Shown here in pieces: positions 8,940 to 17,370 of a DNA stretch of 32,000 nt. Below the pieces are notes generated by a model. It was not told the DNA's origin, did not search any database, and was given only the letters and a program-made list of their open reading frames with translations. The stretch is from Acaryochloris marina MBIC11017 (lineage in GTDB: Bacteria; Cyanobacteriota; Cyanobacteriia; Thermosynechococcales; Thermosynechococcaceae), in the NCBI RefSeq assembly GCF_000018105.1, contig NC_009925.1:4530001-4562000 (forward strand), given 5' to 3'. A program made the position numbers and the translations under genes. How positions within the stretch are numbered: position 1 is the stretch's first letter; the number at the start of each line of letters is the position of its first letter.

Positions 8940-11090
8940 ATGTTGAAACGAACTGAGATCGATGGGCTGGAACGGATTGTCTGGGGCTTAGTGATTATCC
9001 TTGGGGGCTTTTGGCTATGGAGCCAGTTTCAAGAACGATTGATTCTGGCTGATTTAGCTACACTGTGGCAACAGATGCAGGCCGTATTCACCCCTGATGC
9101 GAATCGTCTCGATCGGCTATTGTTGCCAACCGCAATTGGCGGTACCTTTGTTTTTTGCCTTAAAACCATCAGTCCCAGACCTCTTTTGTGGAGCCGAGCC
9201 ACCATTTCCATCCTGTTGGTGGGGCTGGGCGTTCGTTATGAGCTGTGGCGCTTATTTAATACTTTGAATTTGTCCGACCCTCTCAATGGCACTCTCAGCA
9301 TTTTGCTGTTTGTCATGGAGTTAATGGCCTTCACCAACACGGCAGCGTTTATGCTGCAAACCATCCCCAGCATTGATCGAAGTCCAGAAGCCGATCACCT
9401 GTCTAAGGCCGTCATTAGCGGAGCGTATCAACCCTGGGTGGACGTTTTAATTCCCACCTATAATGAACCACCTGACGTCCTCCGACGGACTATTATCGGC
9501 TGCCAGGCCATGAAGTATGACCACAAGCGGGTTTTCCTTTTGGATGATCTGCGGCGTCCTCATATTCGCGAGCTGGCTCAAGAGCTGGATTGCCACTACA
9601 TCATCCGTCCCAATAATGACCATGCGAAAGCTGGAAATCTCAACCATGCGATCGCAAAAACAGACGGAGACTTAATCGTTGTTTTTGATGCCGATTTTAT
9701 CCCCACCACCAACTTTTTAACTCGGACAGTCGGGTTCTTTCAGGACGAAAAAGTCGCCTTACTACAAACCCCTCAGAACTTTTACAACGAGGACCCCATT
9801 GGCGTCAATCTAGGGCTGCAAGAGGTACTCACCAACGAACAAGCCTTGTTCTTTCGCTATATCCAACCCAGTCGAGATGTCACCAACTCTGTGATTTGCT
9901 GTGGATCTTCCTTTGTTATTCGGCGCACGGCATTAGCCGAGATTGGCGGTATTCCCACCGAAAGTATCACCGAAGACTTCTTTACTTCTTTGAAATTACA
10001 GTCCTTGGGCTACAAGATTAAATATCTCAATGAAGCCCTCTCGGCTGGCATGTCTCCTGAGAATATGGGCGCTTACATTGACCAGCGCTTACGGTGGGGG
10101 CAGGGAACCTTGCAGTCTATGTTTTGCCCGGCCAATGTCTTCACCATTCCCGGATTGAACCTCTTACAGCGGGTGTCCCATTCCCTAGGATTACTGTACT
10201 GGTGCCTTTCTGTCCCTCGGTTCATCTTTTTGGTGATGCCCCTGTCCTACCTACTGTTTGAACTCGCCCCTCTGCGAGCAACGATTGATGGGGTCCTATT
10301 TTTCTACCTACCCTATTTTGTTTGTAATGCCATCTCTTTTTCATGGATGACCGAAGGACGGCGTTCTGCTTTTTGGTCCGATGTTTATGAGACCATCCTC
10401 TGCATTCCGATGATGCTAACGGTGATTCAAACCCTGAGGAACCCCTTTGGCAAAGCCTTTAAGGTGACCCCCAAAGGAATCGCGGCCAATCGCTTACATA
10501 TCAATTGGCACCTCCTCTGGCCCTTGGTGCTCTTGATCGTCTTGTCCTTGTTTGGTTTGGGCATGCGTATCTTTTATGCCCCTTGGAGTACGGCCAACCC
10601 AGATAGCCTCAGAATTAATATTGTGTGGACCACCTATAATCTGATCCTCCTGTACATTTGCGTTCTGGTGAATATCGATGTGCCTCAGCGGCAACACTCT
10701 CGATTTGACCGTCAGTTTCCCTGCGAGCTGCAAATTAACGGGGAATGGTTATTAGGGCGCAGCATCAACATCTCAGAAGGGGGAGCCGCTGTTCGCTTAA
10801 ATCGGAAATGGAAACAACCTCCCACCGATAAGTTAGGGGTATTGAGGATTCCTGGCTTGAAAACGGAACTAAAAGTTGAAATTCGCTGGAAGCAAAATAG
10901 CGATGCCGGACCATTTTTTGTGGGCTTGCGGTTTATTGAATGTGATGTCGTGCAGTTGCGATCGCTGATCCCGTTTCTCTACTGCCAACCTAACCAATGG
11001 ATCGAACAAAAAGTCCCCGAGCATTTAACCGTTTGGGCTCTCTTTCAATCCGTTTTCCGCCTCTATGCCTTAGCCGAAAGCCGTGGATAG
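8940..11090 (+). CDS. Cellulose synthase-like family-2 glycosyltransferase with a C-terminal PilZ (c-di-GMP receptor) domain (BcsA/XcsA-like)
   Basis: The 716-aa protein is multi-TM and carries the processive GT2 motifs IPTYNEP, VFDADF, TEDF and QRLRWGQG (QxxRW, 10083-10106). The PilZ motifs are RQHSR (RxxxR, 10689-10703) and NISEGG (D/NxSxxG, 10767-10784). Confidence 0.92.
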   Translation: MLKRTEIDGLERIVWGLVIILGGFWLWSQFQERLILADLATLWQQMQAVFTPDANRLDRLLLPTAIGGTFVFCLKTISPRPLLWSRATISILLVGLGVRYELWRLFNTLNLSDPLNGTLSILLFVMELMAFTNTAAFMLQTIPSIDRSPEADHLSKAVISGAYQPWVDVLIPTYNEPPDVLRRTIIGCQAMKYDHKRVFLLDDLRRPHIRELAQELDCHYIIRPNNDHAKAGNLNHAIAKTDGDLIVVFDADFIPTTNFLTRTVGFFQDEKVALLQTPQNFYNEDPIGVNLGLQEVLTNEQALFFRYIQPSRDVTNSVICCGSSFVIRRTALAEIGGIPTESITEDFFTSLKLQSLGYKIKYLNEALSAGMSPENMGAYIDQRLRWGQGTLQSMFCPANVFTIPGLNLLQRVSHSLGLLYWCLSVPRFIFLVMPLSYLLFELAPLRATIDGVLFFYLPYFVCNAISFSWMTEGRRSAFWSDVYETILCIPMMLTVIQTLRNPFGKAFKVTPKGIAANRLHINWHLLWPLVLLIVLSLFGLGMRIFYAPWSTANPDSLRINIVWTTYNLILLYICVLVNIDVPQRQHSRFDRQFPCELQINGEWLLGRSINISEGGAAVRLNRKWKQPPTDKLGVLRIPGLKTELKVEIRWKQNSDAGPFFVGLRFIECDVVQLRSLIPFLYCQPNQWIEQKVPEHLTVWALFQSVFRLYALAESRG

Positions 11091-11096
11091 ATCCCA

Positions 11097-11654
11097 TCAT
11101 GAAGCGGGGAGGGCGGGAGACCAAATATCTTTGTAGTAGCTTTCTAAACAGTGCTTCATAATGCCGTTATGGTTAAACGCCAACTGCATATTAATGGCCT
11201 CTCCCAGCTCATACCAACGGGTTTCAGCTACTTCATCTACGGCAACTTGGGGTTTTAACGGCGGCAGCTGAGTCATATTTTCTAAGAAAAACATCAGGGG
11301 AAATCGCAAGGACACATTTTGCAGCCGTAACGGCCGAGACCCCACATAGTAGGGCTGGTCTAAAGCTCCTTGAAACGGATACTGGCTCTGAAGATGGGGA
11401 ATATTGAGTCCCAGTTCTTCCCATATTTCTCGAACCATCGCTTCTCCAGCCGTTTCATCATAATCGAGATACCCCCCCGGCAGCCCCCATTTTCCTGGTT
11501 CTGTTGGCATTTGGTCCCCTCTGAGTCCCAAGGGAACATATGCCGTCTCGCCAATCACAAAAAAAATAACGCCTAAGACCGTCACATCTCGACTAATCCA
11601 ACAGGTCTTACCGGATACTTCAATACAACGATTGGGGCGATTGTTGAATTTCAC
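11097..11654 (-). CDS. NUDIX hydrolase
   Basis: The 185-aa protein has the Nudix box GLPGGYLDYDETAGEAMVREIWEELGL (GX5EX7REUXEEXGU). Confidence 0.85.
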   Translation of the reverse strand: MKFNNRPNRCIEVSGKTCWISRDVTVLGVIFFVIGETAYVPLGLRGDQMPTEPGKWGLPGGYLDYDETAGEAMVREIWEELGLNIPHLQSQYPFQGALDQPYYVGSRPLRLQNVSLRFPLMFFLENMTQLPPLKPQVAVDEVAETRWYELGEAINMQLAFNHNGIMKHCLESYYKDIWSPALPAS

Positions 11655-11914
11655 TGCAGTGGGTACGCGAATAGAACGGGAATGTAATTTTTGACAGAAC
11701 GCTGAGGTTTCGCCAGTTCAGGAGAAGCAATAAACCTCTTACTTTCGAACATATTATGGATCACCCTGTCTAATTCATCCATTTTTCTATTGTTTTCCTT
11801 CCGCATTCCTCCTAGAGACCAGATTGCTGATCAGACATATTAAAAAATCCCCAACTGGAGAAACACAGCAGTACAATCGACCCATTCACCAGCGACCGAG
11901 CGAGGGGTGCCCTT

Positions 11915-12865
11915 ATGAAACCATATCGACCTAGCAACAAAGTGCCTGGGACAGGATGGGTATGGTTACTAGCCCTATCAACCCTGGGGGGTGCAGTCGT
12001 AGGGGGTGGCATTGCATTTATCGCCCGTTGGATTTATTTATTGCTGATCTTCCCAGCCCTGATGGGGTTTACCAGTGGCAGTGCCACGACGGTCGCCATT
12101 AAAAAAGGCAAAGTTCGCAGTCCCCTGGTGGGCTTGTTGTTTGGGGTCTTAGCAGGCTTAAGCACCTATGGTGCCTATCATGGGGGTGAATATTTTTTTA
12201 CTCGCCAGTCCTTTGCCAAAGAGATTGAAGCTGAGCTGGGTCAAGACATGGAGCCGGCAGAGATTGATGCTCTGATGGATGCTTTTTTTCAAGAACAAAC
12301 TGGCTCATCTGGCTTTGTAGGGTATCTTAAATTTTCCGCCAAACAGGGACTCAGTATCGGTCGGGCGGGCAGCAGTAGTGAGGGTGTCCCTCTAAACGAA
12401 ACCTTTACCTGGATCTATTGGTTGATTGAGTTAGCCATCATTGAGGCCATTAGTGTGGTCATGGCCAAGTCTGCAGCTGAAGACCCTTTTTGCGAAACCT
12501 GCGATCAATGGTATGGCCTGGGCCAAAGGATTGGCATGGTCGAAGATGATCAGTCCCAGGTATTTCTCAAGGCTTTAGAGGCCGATCAGATCGTCCAAGC
12601 CGCCACTCATATTCAACCTAGAGTCACGACCATTCCTCATTTAGAAGTGGATCGACGGCAATGTCCAGGGTACCCCCAGGAAGATGTGGTGCTTGAAGTA
12701 CAACGGTATTCTGAAAATAAAAAAGGAGAGGGTAAACGCTCTCCAGTCTTACTTGGAATGTTGTCCCATCGACAAAATGTACAGTTGACTGAAGCAATTT
12801 CCACCTCGTCACAACCTGACCCCAAACCTGATACCAATGAGCCGGATACTAGTCCTGAGGGCTAG
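11915..12865 (+). CDS. Hypothetical integral membrane protein
   Basis: The 316-aa protein has hydrophobic helices at the N-terminus (WVWLLALSTLGGAVVGGGIAFIA, IYLLLIFPALMGF, LVGLLFGVLAGLSTYGAY) and one central helix (WIYWLIELAIIEAISVVM). It also has a soluble C-terminal part. I recognise no family. Confidence 0.7.
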   Translation: MKPYRPSNKVPGTGWVWLLALSTLGGAVVGGGIAFIARWIYLLLIFPALMGFTSGSATTVAIKKGKVRSPLVGLLFGVLAGLSTYGAYHGGEYFFTRQSFAKEIEAELGQDMEPAEIDALMDAFFQEQTGSSGFVGYLKFSAKQGLSIGRAGSSSEGVPLNETFTWIYWLIELAIIEAISVVMAKSAAEDPFCETCDQWYGLGQRIGMVEDDQSQVFLKALEADQIVQAATHIQPRVTTIPHLEVDRRQCPGYPQEDVVLEVQRYSENKKGEGKRSPVLLGMLSHRQNVQLTEAISTSSQPDPKPDTNEPDTSPEG

Positions 12866-12891
12866 AGCCCTATCCAACTATCGCAAAAATC

Positions 12892-14205
12892 ATGGGGTAT
12901 TCCTTAGGCATTGACTTTGGCACATCGGGGGCCAGAGCCATGGTGATTGATCACCAGGATCAGGTTCTGGCAGAAGCCAGTTATCGGTTCCCAGACCTAT
13001 CCCCAGAGGAGCGTACGGACTGCTGGCAAGAGATCCTATGGGCCTTAATAGGTGAGATCCCGGCAGACGTGCGATCGCACCTCCAAGCCATTGCCATTAA
13101 CGGCACCTCTTCCACCATTTTGCTGTGTGATGCTGAGGGCAAGCCCCTTTATCCACCGCAGATGTATAACGACACCTGCGATCCAGCCAGTTTAGAACTG
13201 CTGACCACCTTGGCTCCTGCAGGTCATCCCGTACTCAGCGCTAGCTCTAGCTTGGCGAAACTGTTGGGTATGAGTCGGACGGTGGATATGACTTCCGTTT
13301 GTTATCTGATGCATCAAGCTGATTGGCTCGCCTTTTTGTTGCATGGTCGCGTAGGACTCAGTGATGATCACAACAGCTTGAAACTGGGATACGATCCAGC
13401 GCTGGGGCAAGACCGCTCTACGTCCAGAGGACGGGCTATACCAACAGACCTCGTAGGCTATCCCGACTGGTTCCACCAACCACCCCTCAACCAGCTTCTG
13501 CCTTTGCTACCACAAGTTATTCGACCCGGCTCAAATATCGGCCCCCTACAACCTCACCTTGTCGATCGCTTTGGTATTCCCTCAACCTGTCAAATTTGTG
13601 CAGGCACCACAGATAGCATTGCCGCGTTTATCGCTAGTGGCGCCAATCAACCTGGGATGGCGGTCACCTCCTTAGGATCTACCCTCGTTCTCAAGCTATT
13701 AAGTCCGACCCGTATCGATCTGGCAGACTACGGCATCTATAGTCATCGTCTCGGAAAGTACTGGCTTGTCGGCGGTGCATCCAACACCGGGGGCGCTGTT
13801 CTTCAGTCTTTTTTCTCCCCTTCAGAACTGACTGAACTGAGCCAACACATCGACCCTCACCAGCCCAGCTCCTTAACCTACTATCCTCTGCTCAAGCCAG
13901 GAGAACGATTTCCCATTAACGATCCCTGCCTGGAACCGCAGCTCACCCCTCGCCCAGAAGATCCTGTCGAGTTTTTGCAGGGGCTACTCGAAAGCTTGGC
14001 CCGTATTGAAGCCCAGGGATATCATCTGTTAGTCGCCCATGGTGCGCCGCCATTAAAGGTAGTTTATACTGCTGGCGGTGGTGCCCAAAATATCGTTTGG
14101 CAAACCATCCGTCAACGCCATCTTCAGGTCCCTTGTTATGCCGCTCAGCACCAACAAGCCGCCTATGGCACTGCCTTACTTGCTGCCCATGGATCGCCCC
14201 TATGA
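12892..14205 (+). CDS. FGGY-family carbohydrate kinase (ribulokinase/xylulokinase-like)
   Basis: The 437-aa protein has the N-terminal phosphate-1 motif LGIDFGTSGARAMVID. Later motifs are CAGTTDSIAAF and GGASNTGGAV, then TAGGGAQN near the C-terminus. Confidence 0.88.
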   Translation: MGYSLGIDFGTSGARAMVIDHQDQVLAEASYRFPDLSPEERTDCWQEILWALIGEIPADVRSHLQAIAINGTSSTILLCDAEGKPLYPPQMYNDTCDPASLELLTTLAPAGHPVLSASSSLAKLLGMSRTVDMTSVCYLMHQADWLAFLLHGRVGLSDDHNSLKLGYDPALGQDRSTSRGRAIPTDLVGYPDWFHQPPLNQLLPLLPQVIRPGSNIGPLQPHLVDRFGIPSTCQICAGTTDSIAAFIASGANQPGMAVTSLGSTLVLKLLSPTRIDLADYGIYSHRLGKYWLVGGASNTGGAVLQSFFSPSELTELSQHIDPHQPSSLTYYPLLKPGERFPINDPCLEPQLTPRPEDPVEFLQGLLESLARIEAQGYHLLVAHGAPPLKVVYTAGGGAQNIVWQTIRQRHLQVPCYAAQHQQAAYGTALLAAHGSPL

Positions 14206-15044
14206 TTGTTCCGTTACCAACCCTGGACTATCAATCTGCCGATGCACCACAACAGTTTGCCCTATCTTTGCAGCACTCTGGGTTTGCGATTCTCCGCCAT
14301 TGTCCAGTGGACCATGAATTAGTGGCGCATACGTACCAAGATTGGCAAACCTTTTTTGAGGGGGATGATAAGGTCCACTATACCTTTGACCCCAAAATAC
14401 AAGTGGGCTACTACCCATTTCAAACGGAACAAGCTAAGGGACATACCACCCCGGACCTCAAAGAGTTCTTTCATATCTATGAAGGTCATCCTCTGCCGAG
14501 GGGCATAGGCGATGCGACTTGGAATTTATTTGACCAACTCAAGCAACTGGCCATCGAACTACTAACATGGATAGAAGCGCAAGCCCCCCTTAGCATTCGT
14601 TCGGACTTTACAGAACCGTTAGACACCATGATTGCAGATAGTAAGGAAACTCTGTTTCGGCTCCTGCACTATCCGCCTCTACCCGATACCATCCCACCCG
14701 GAGCTATTCGGGCAGCGGCCCACGAAGATATCAATTTAATTACGCTATTACCTGCAGCGACGGGAATGGGCTTAGAGTTATTGGATGCTGAAGGGCAGTG
14801 GCAATCCGTAAAGTGCGATCGCGGCGATATTGTCGTCAATGTTGGCGATATGCTGCAGCTTGCGAGCCAAGGGTTTTACCGCTCCACCACCCACCGTGTC
14901 GTTAATCCTGACGGTCCAGCTCGACATCAGTCCCGGTTATCCATGCCCCTGTTTCTCCATCCCCGGCCCGAGGTGGTACTCGCAGACGGCAAAACAGCCC
15001 GACAGTATCTGCAAGAGCGGCTGCGGGAGATTGGCCTCGTTTAA
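14202..15044 (+). CDS. 2-oxoglutarate/Fe(II)-dependent oxygenase (isopenicillin-N-synthase-like family)
   Basis: The track ORF starts at 14097 inside the kinase gene. ATG 14202 overlaps the kinase stop (ATGA at 14202-14205) and gives 280 aa starting MIVPLPTLDY. The facial triad is H-E-D (AAHEDINLITLL) plus THRV, with RLS near the end. Confidence 0.85.
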   Translation: MIVPLPTLDYQSADAPQQFALSLQHSGFAILRHCPVDHELVAHTYQDWQTFFEGDDKVHYTFDPKIQVGYYPFQTEQAKGHTTPDLKEFFHIYEGHPLPRGIGDATWNLFDQLKQLAIELLTWIEAQAPLSIRSDFTEPLDTMIADSKETLFRLLHYPPLPDTIPPGAIRAAAHEDINLITLLPAATGMGLELLDAEGQWQSVKCDRGDIVVNVGDMLQLASQGFYRSTTHRVVNPDGPARHQSRLSMPLFLHPRPEVVLADGKTARQYLQERLREIGLV

Positions 15045-15082
15045 GGACATCACACCTATTAATGTTGAGGGTTTCATACCTA

Positions 15083-16537
15083 TTAATTCGGGGGAGCGAT
15101 ACGGGTCGCAAAATTTTGTGATCGCGTTGGTGACAGCTGGCGCGCTTTCAAAATAGCCGCAGTTAAGAAGACGTAAGCCAACACACCCACCGTCATCAGT
15201 GACAGCACAGCTGCCAATTCTCCAAAATTCCGCGCCAAACTCCCTGACGCATTCCAAAAGGCATGAATCCCGGAAGACACCAGAAAGCCAATTCCTAGGA
15301 TCTGCCATCGCTGGGCTGGCTTGAGTATACTAAGGCCAATAAAATAGCCAAAAATACCGCTATAGGCCATATGGCCGGCAACAGAACCCAAGATCCTGGG
15401 AATCAATAGCTGTACAGCAGCCAATGCTCCCGCAAACTCATTGGCAGACGATCTGGCCACATCTGCCGCAATCCCCGGCACATATTGTCCTAAGGTCTCC
15501 ACCAATGTAAATCCAAGGGCTGAAGCTGCTCCAATTAAAATGCCGTCCAAGGGTTCCCAAACGCCAACTTTTTGCCGACTGGGGGGACGCAGCTGTGATC
15601 CCAAGAAAAAGAAGCCAAAAATTGGCAAGGCTTTCAGTAACTCCTCCATTAAACCCGCCCCAAAGAAGTGGCTAATCAGTTGTGAAATAAAATCTGGAGA
15701 AGCACCTTGAACATTCCCTGGCAAAATTCCTCGAAACACCAAAATAAATAGGCTTAAAACCGGCGTTACCAGAATCACCATGGTGAATATGGTACTGAGA
15801 AGCAGCACCCACCAGGGCTTCTGTTTACCGCACAGCCGATAGATAAAGTAAAAGCCGCCTCCCCCCAGATACAGCGCTAGGAGCAAATTAAACACCGGTG
15901 GGTTGCTGGCAAAGATAAACAGCAACACCACCATCATCACGGTCAGAATGCCGGGTATCAGATACCCTTTGCCCAAGAGATCTTTGCGAGCAGACACGAT
16001 GGGAAACAGTTGACTTACGGTCACCTGATTCGACACCGCGCCCGGTGTTGGCTGAGGGGGGTAAACCGGTGGTTGAGGGGGATAAGATGGTGGCGTTGGC
16101 GAAGGATAGGAGGGCGGTGCAGGCGCAGGAGAGCCCGTTGCCGCAAACTGATCCACTAGCTGGGTGGCGCGATGTTCAAATAGAAATTCAGGGCCGTTAT
16201 GGCTCAACATCACCCGATCCCCCACATTCAAGGTTTGACACCCCTGAATCTTCTGGCCGTTTACATAGGTGCCATTGGCACTATTGAGATCGCAAATTTG
16301 CCAAATGGGAGCACCCTGAGGCGTTCGAGACCCCGTGGGTTTTACCACTGCATGACGACGGGAGACGCCACCAAAAAGGTTGGAATCGATAATGACTTGA
16401 CAGTCCGCTGTCCGGCCAATTGCCGTTTCCTCCGTTTCCGATAGGGAATAACAGGACTGGGCAGCATCAGCATTGGACTGAGCCGAAATAAGTCTGAGTA
16501 AACCACTCTGCCGATCGTTCACCATAGGTTGGTCCAC
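15083..16537 (-). CDS. FHA domain fused to a PrsW-family intramembrane protease domain
   Basis: This 484-aa ORF has a GTG start. The FHA signature is IGRTADCQV...VSRRHAVV...NSANGTYVNG. A Pro-rich linker follows (PPSYPSPTPPSYPPQPPVYPPQP). The polytopic membrane domain carries PrsW-like motifs GLMEELLKALP, FTLVETLGQY, GHMAYSGIFGYF and GIHAFWN. Confidence 0.85.
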   Translation of the reverse strand: MDQPMVNDRQSGLLRLISAQSNADAAQSCYSLSETEETAIGRTADCQVIIDSNLFGGVSRRHAVVKPTGSRTPQGAPIWQICDLNSANGTYVNGQKIQGCQTLNVGDRVMLSHNGPEFLFEHRATQLVDQFAATGSPAPAPPSYPSPTPPSYPPQPPVYPPQPTPGAVSNQVTVSQLFPIVSARKDLLGKGYLIPGILTVMMVVLLFIFASNPPVFNLLLALYLGGGGFYFIYRLCGKQKPWWVLLLSTIFTMVILVTPVLSLFILVFRGILPGNVQGASPDFISQLISHFFGAGLMEELLKALPIFGFFFLGSQLRPPSRQKVGVWEPLDGILIGAASALGFTLVETLGQYVPGIAADVARSSANEFAGALAAVQLLIPRILGSVAGHMAYSGIFGYFIGLSILKPAQRWQILGIGFLVSSGIHAFWNASGSLARNFGELAAVLSLMTVGVLAYVFLTAAILKARQLSPTRSQNFATRIAPPN

Positions 16538-16845
16538 TGCTGATTAATTCTCATGATGGCGCTATTGGTATTGCTGTCTTGAACTAGGAGTCTGTCTTAT
16601 TTCTTAGCAGGATTGGGATATTGCTGCAATCCTAAGAATGCCCACTATTCAGCCATCTATAGCCTGTAGAAGCTTGAGATCGCGGTGATGATTGTCACGG
16701 CGGCACGGGTATGCTGAGGGGAAGGTAAGGATCTAGAGAGTCCTTAAAACAATTGGTACCTTATCCTGCTGTAAGCAAGATCCTGACTATTAATAGGGAA
16801 TACTGCTTCTGCACTTGATTCAGACCTTACGAGCTGGCGGCACCC

Positions 16846-17358
16846 ATGAGTGAATTAACACTCCAATGGTCAGAATTCGGCCAAACCAAAATCCAAGTTT
16901 TACGGGATCAACAGCCCAGCAAGCAGCTGGGGAAAATCCGTTTAGGGCGTGACCCCGCCTTATGCGATATCGTTTTTCAGGAGCGCTCAGTCTCTGGGCT
17001 ACATGTAGAAATTTTCTTTCAGCCCCAAGCTCAACAGTTTTTTATTCGCAATCTGCGCCAACAAAATCCCCCTCTCGTGGATGGCACCTTACTCAAACAG
17101 GGGGATTTGCCCGTGCGAACCGGGAGTCGGATCAAACTCGGACGGGTAGAGCTACAAATCACGGCGATGACCATTACCCCCGCTGCCACGCCACCCACTT
17201 TTCCCAAAAGTGGTCCCCCTTCAACGGCAGCCTATGGATTGCAATGTCCCCAATGTCACCATGTCGCTGCCTATAGTAATGATGCGATTAAGCAAGACTG
17301 TCCCATGTGTGGTCATTCCATGGCCACATCTAACACAGTTTTTATTGGCAAACCCTAA
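16846..17358 (+). CDS. FHA-domain protein with a C-terminal CxxC-x14-CxxC zinc ribbon
   Basis: The 170-aa protein has an FHA core, IRLGRDPALCDIVF...SVSGLHVEIFF...FIRNL. The zinc ribbon is CPQC (17245-17256) and CPMC (17300-17311). Confidence 0.85.
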   Translation: MSELTLQWSEFGQTKIQVLRDQQPSKQLGKIRLGRDPALCDIVFQERSVSGLHVEIFFQPQAQQFFIRNLRQQNPPLVDGTLLKQGDLPVRTGSRIKLGRVELQITAMTITPAATPPTFPKSGPPSTAAYGLQCPQCHHVAAYSNDAIKQDCPMCGHSMATSNTVFIGKP

Positions 17359-17370
17359 GAGTGGTGAAAC

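Noticed and set aside
15054-15087. Direct repeat ACCTATTAAT x2 (15054-15063 and 15078-15087) between the oxygenase and FHA-PrsW stops
   Set aside because: It is only 10 nt long and AT-rich. The second copy overlaps the stop codon of the FHA-PrsW gene. That is too short to distinguish from chance without comparative data.
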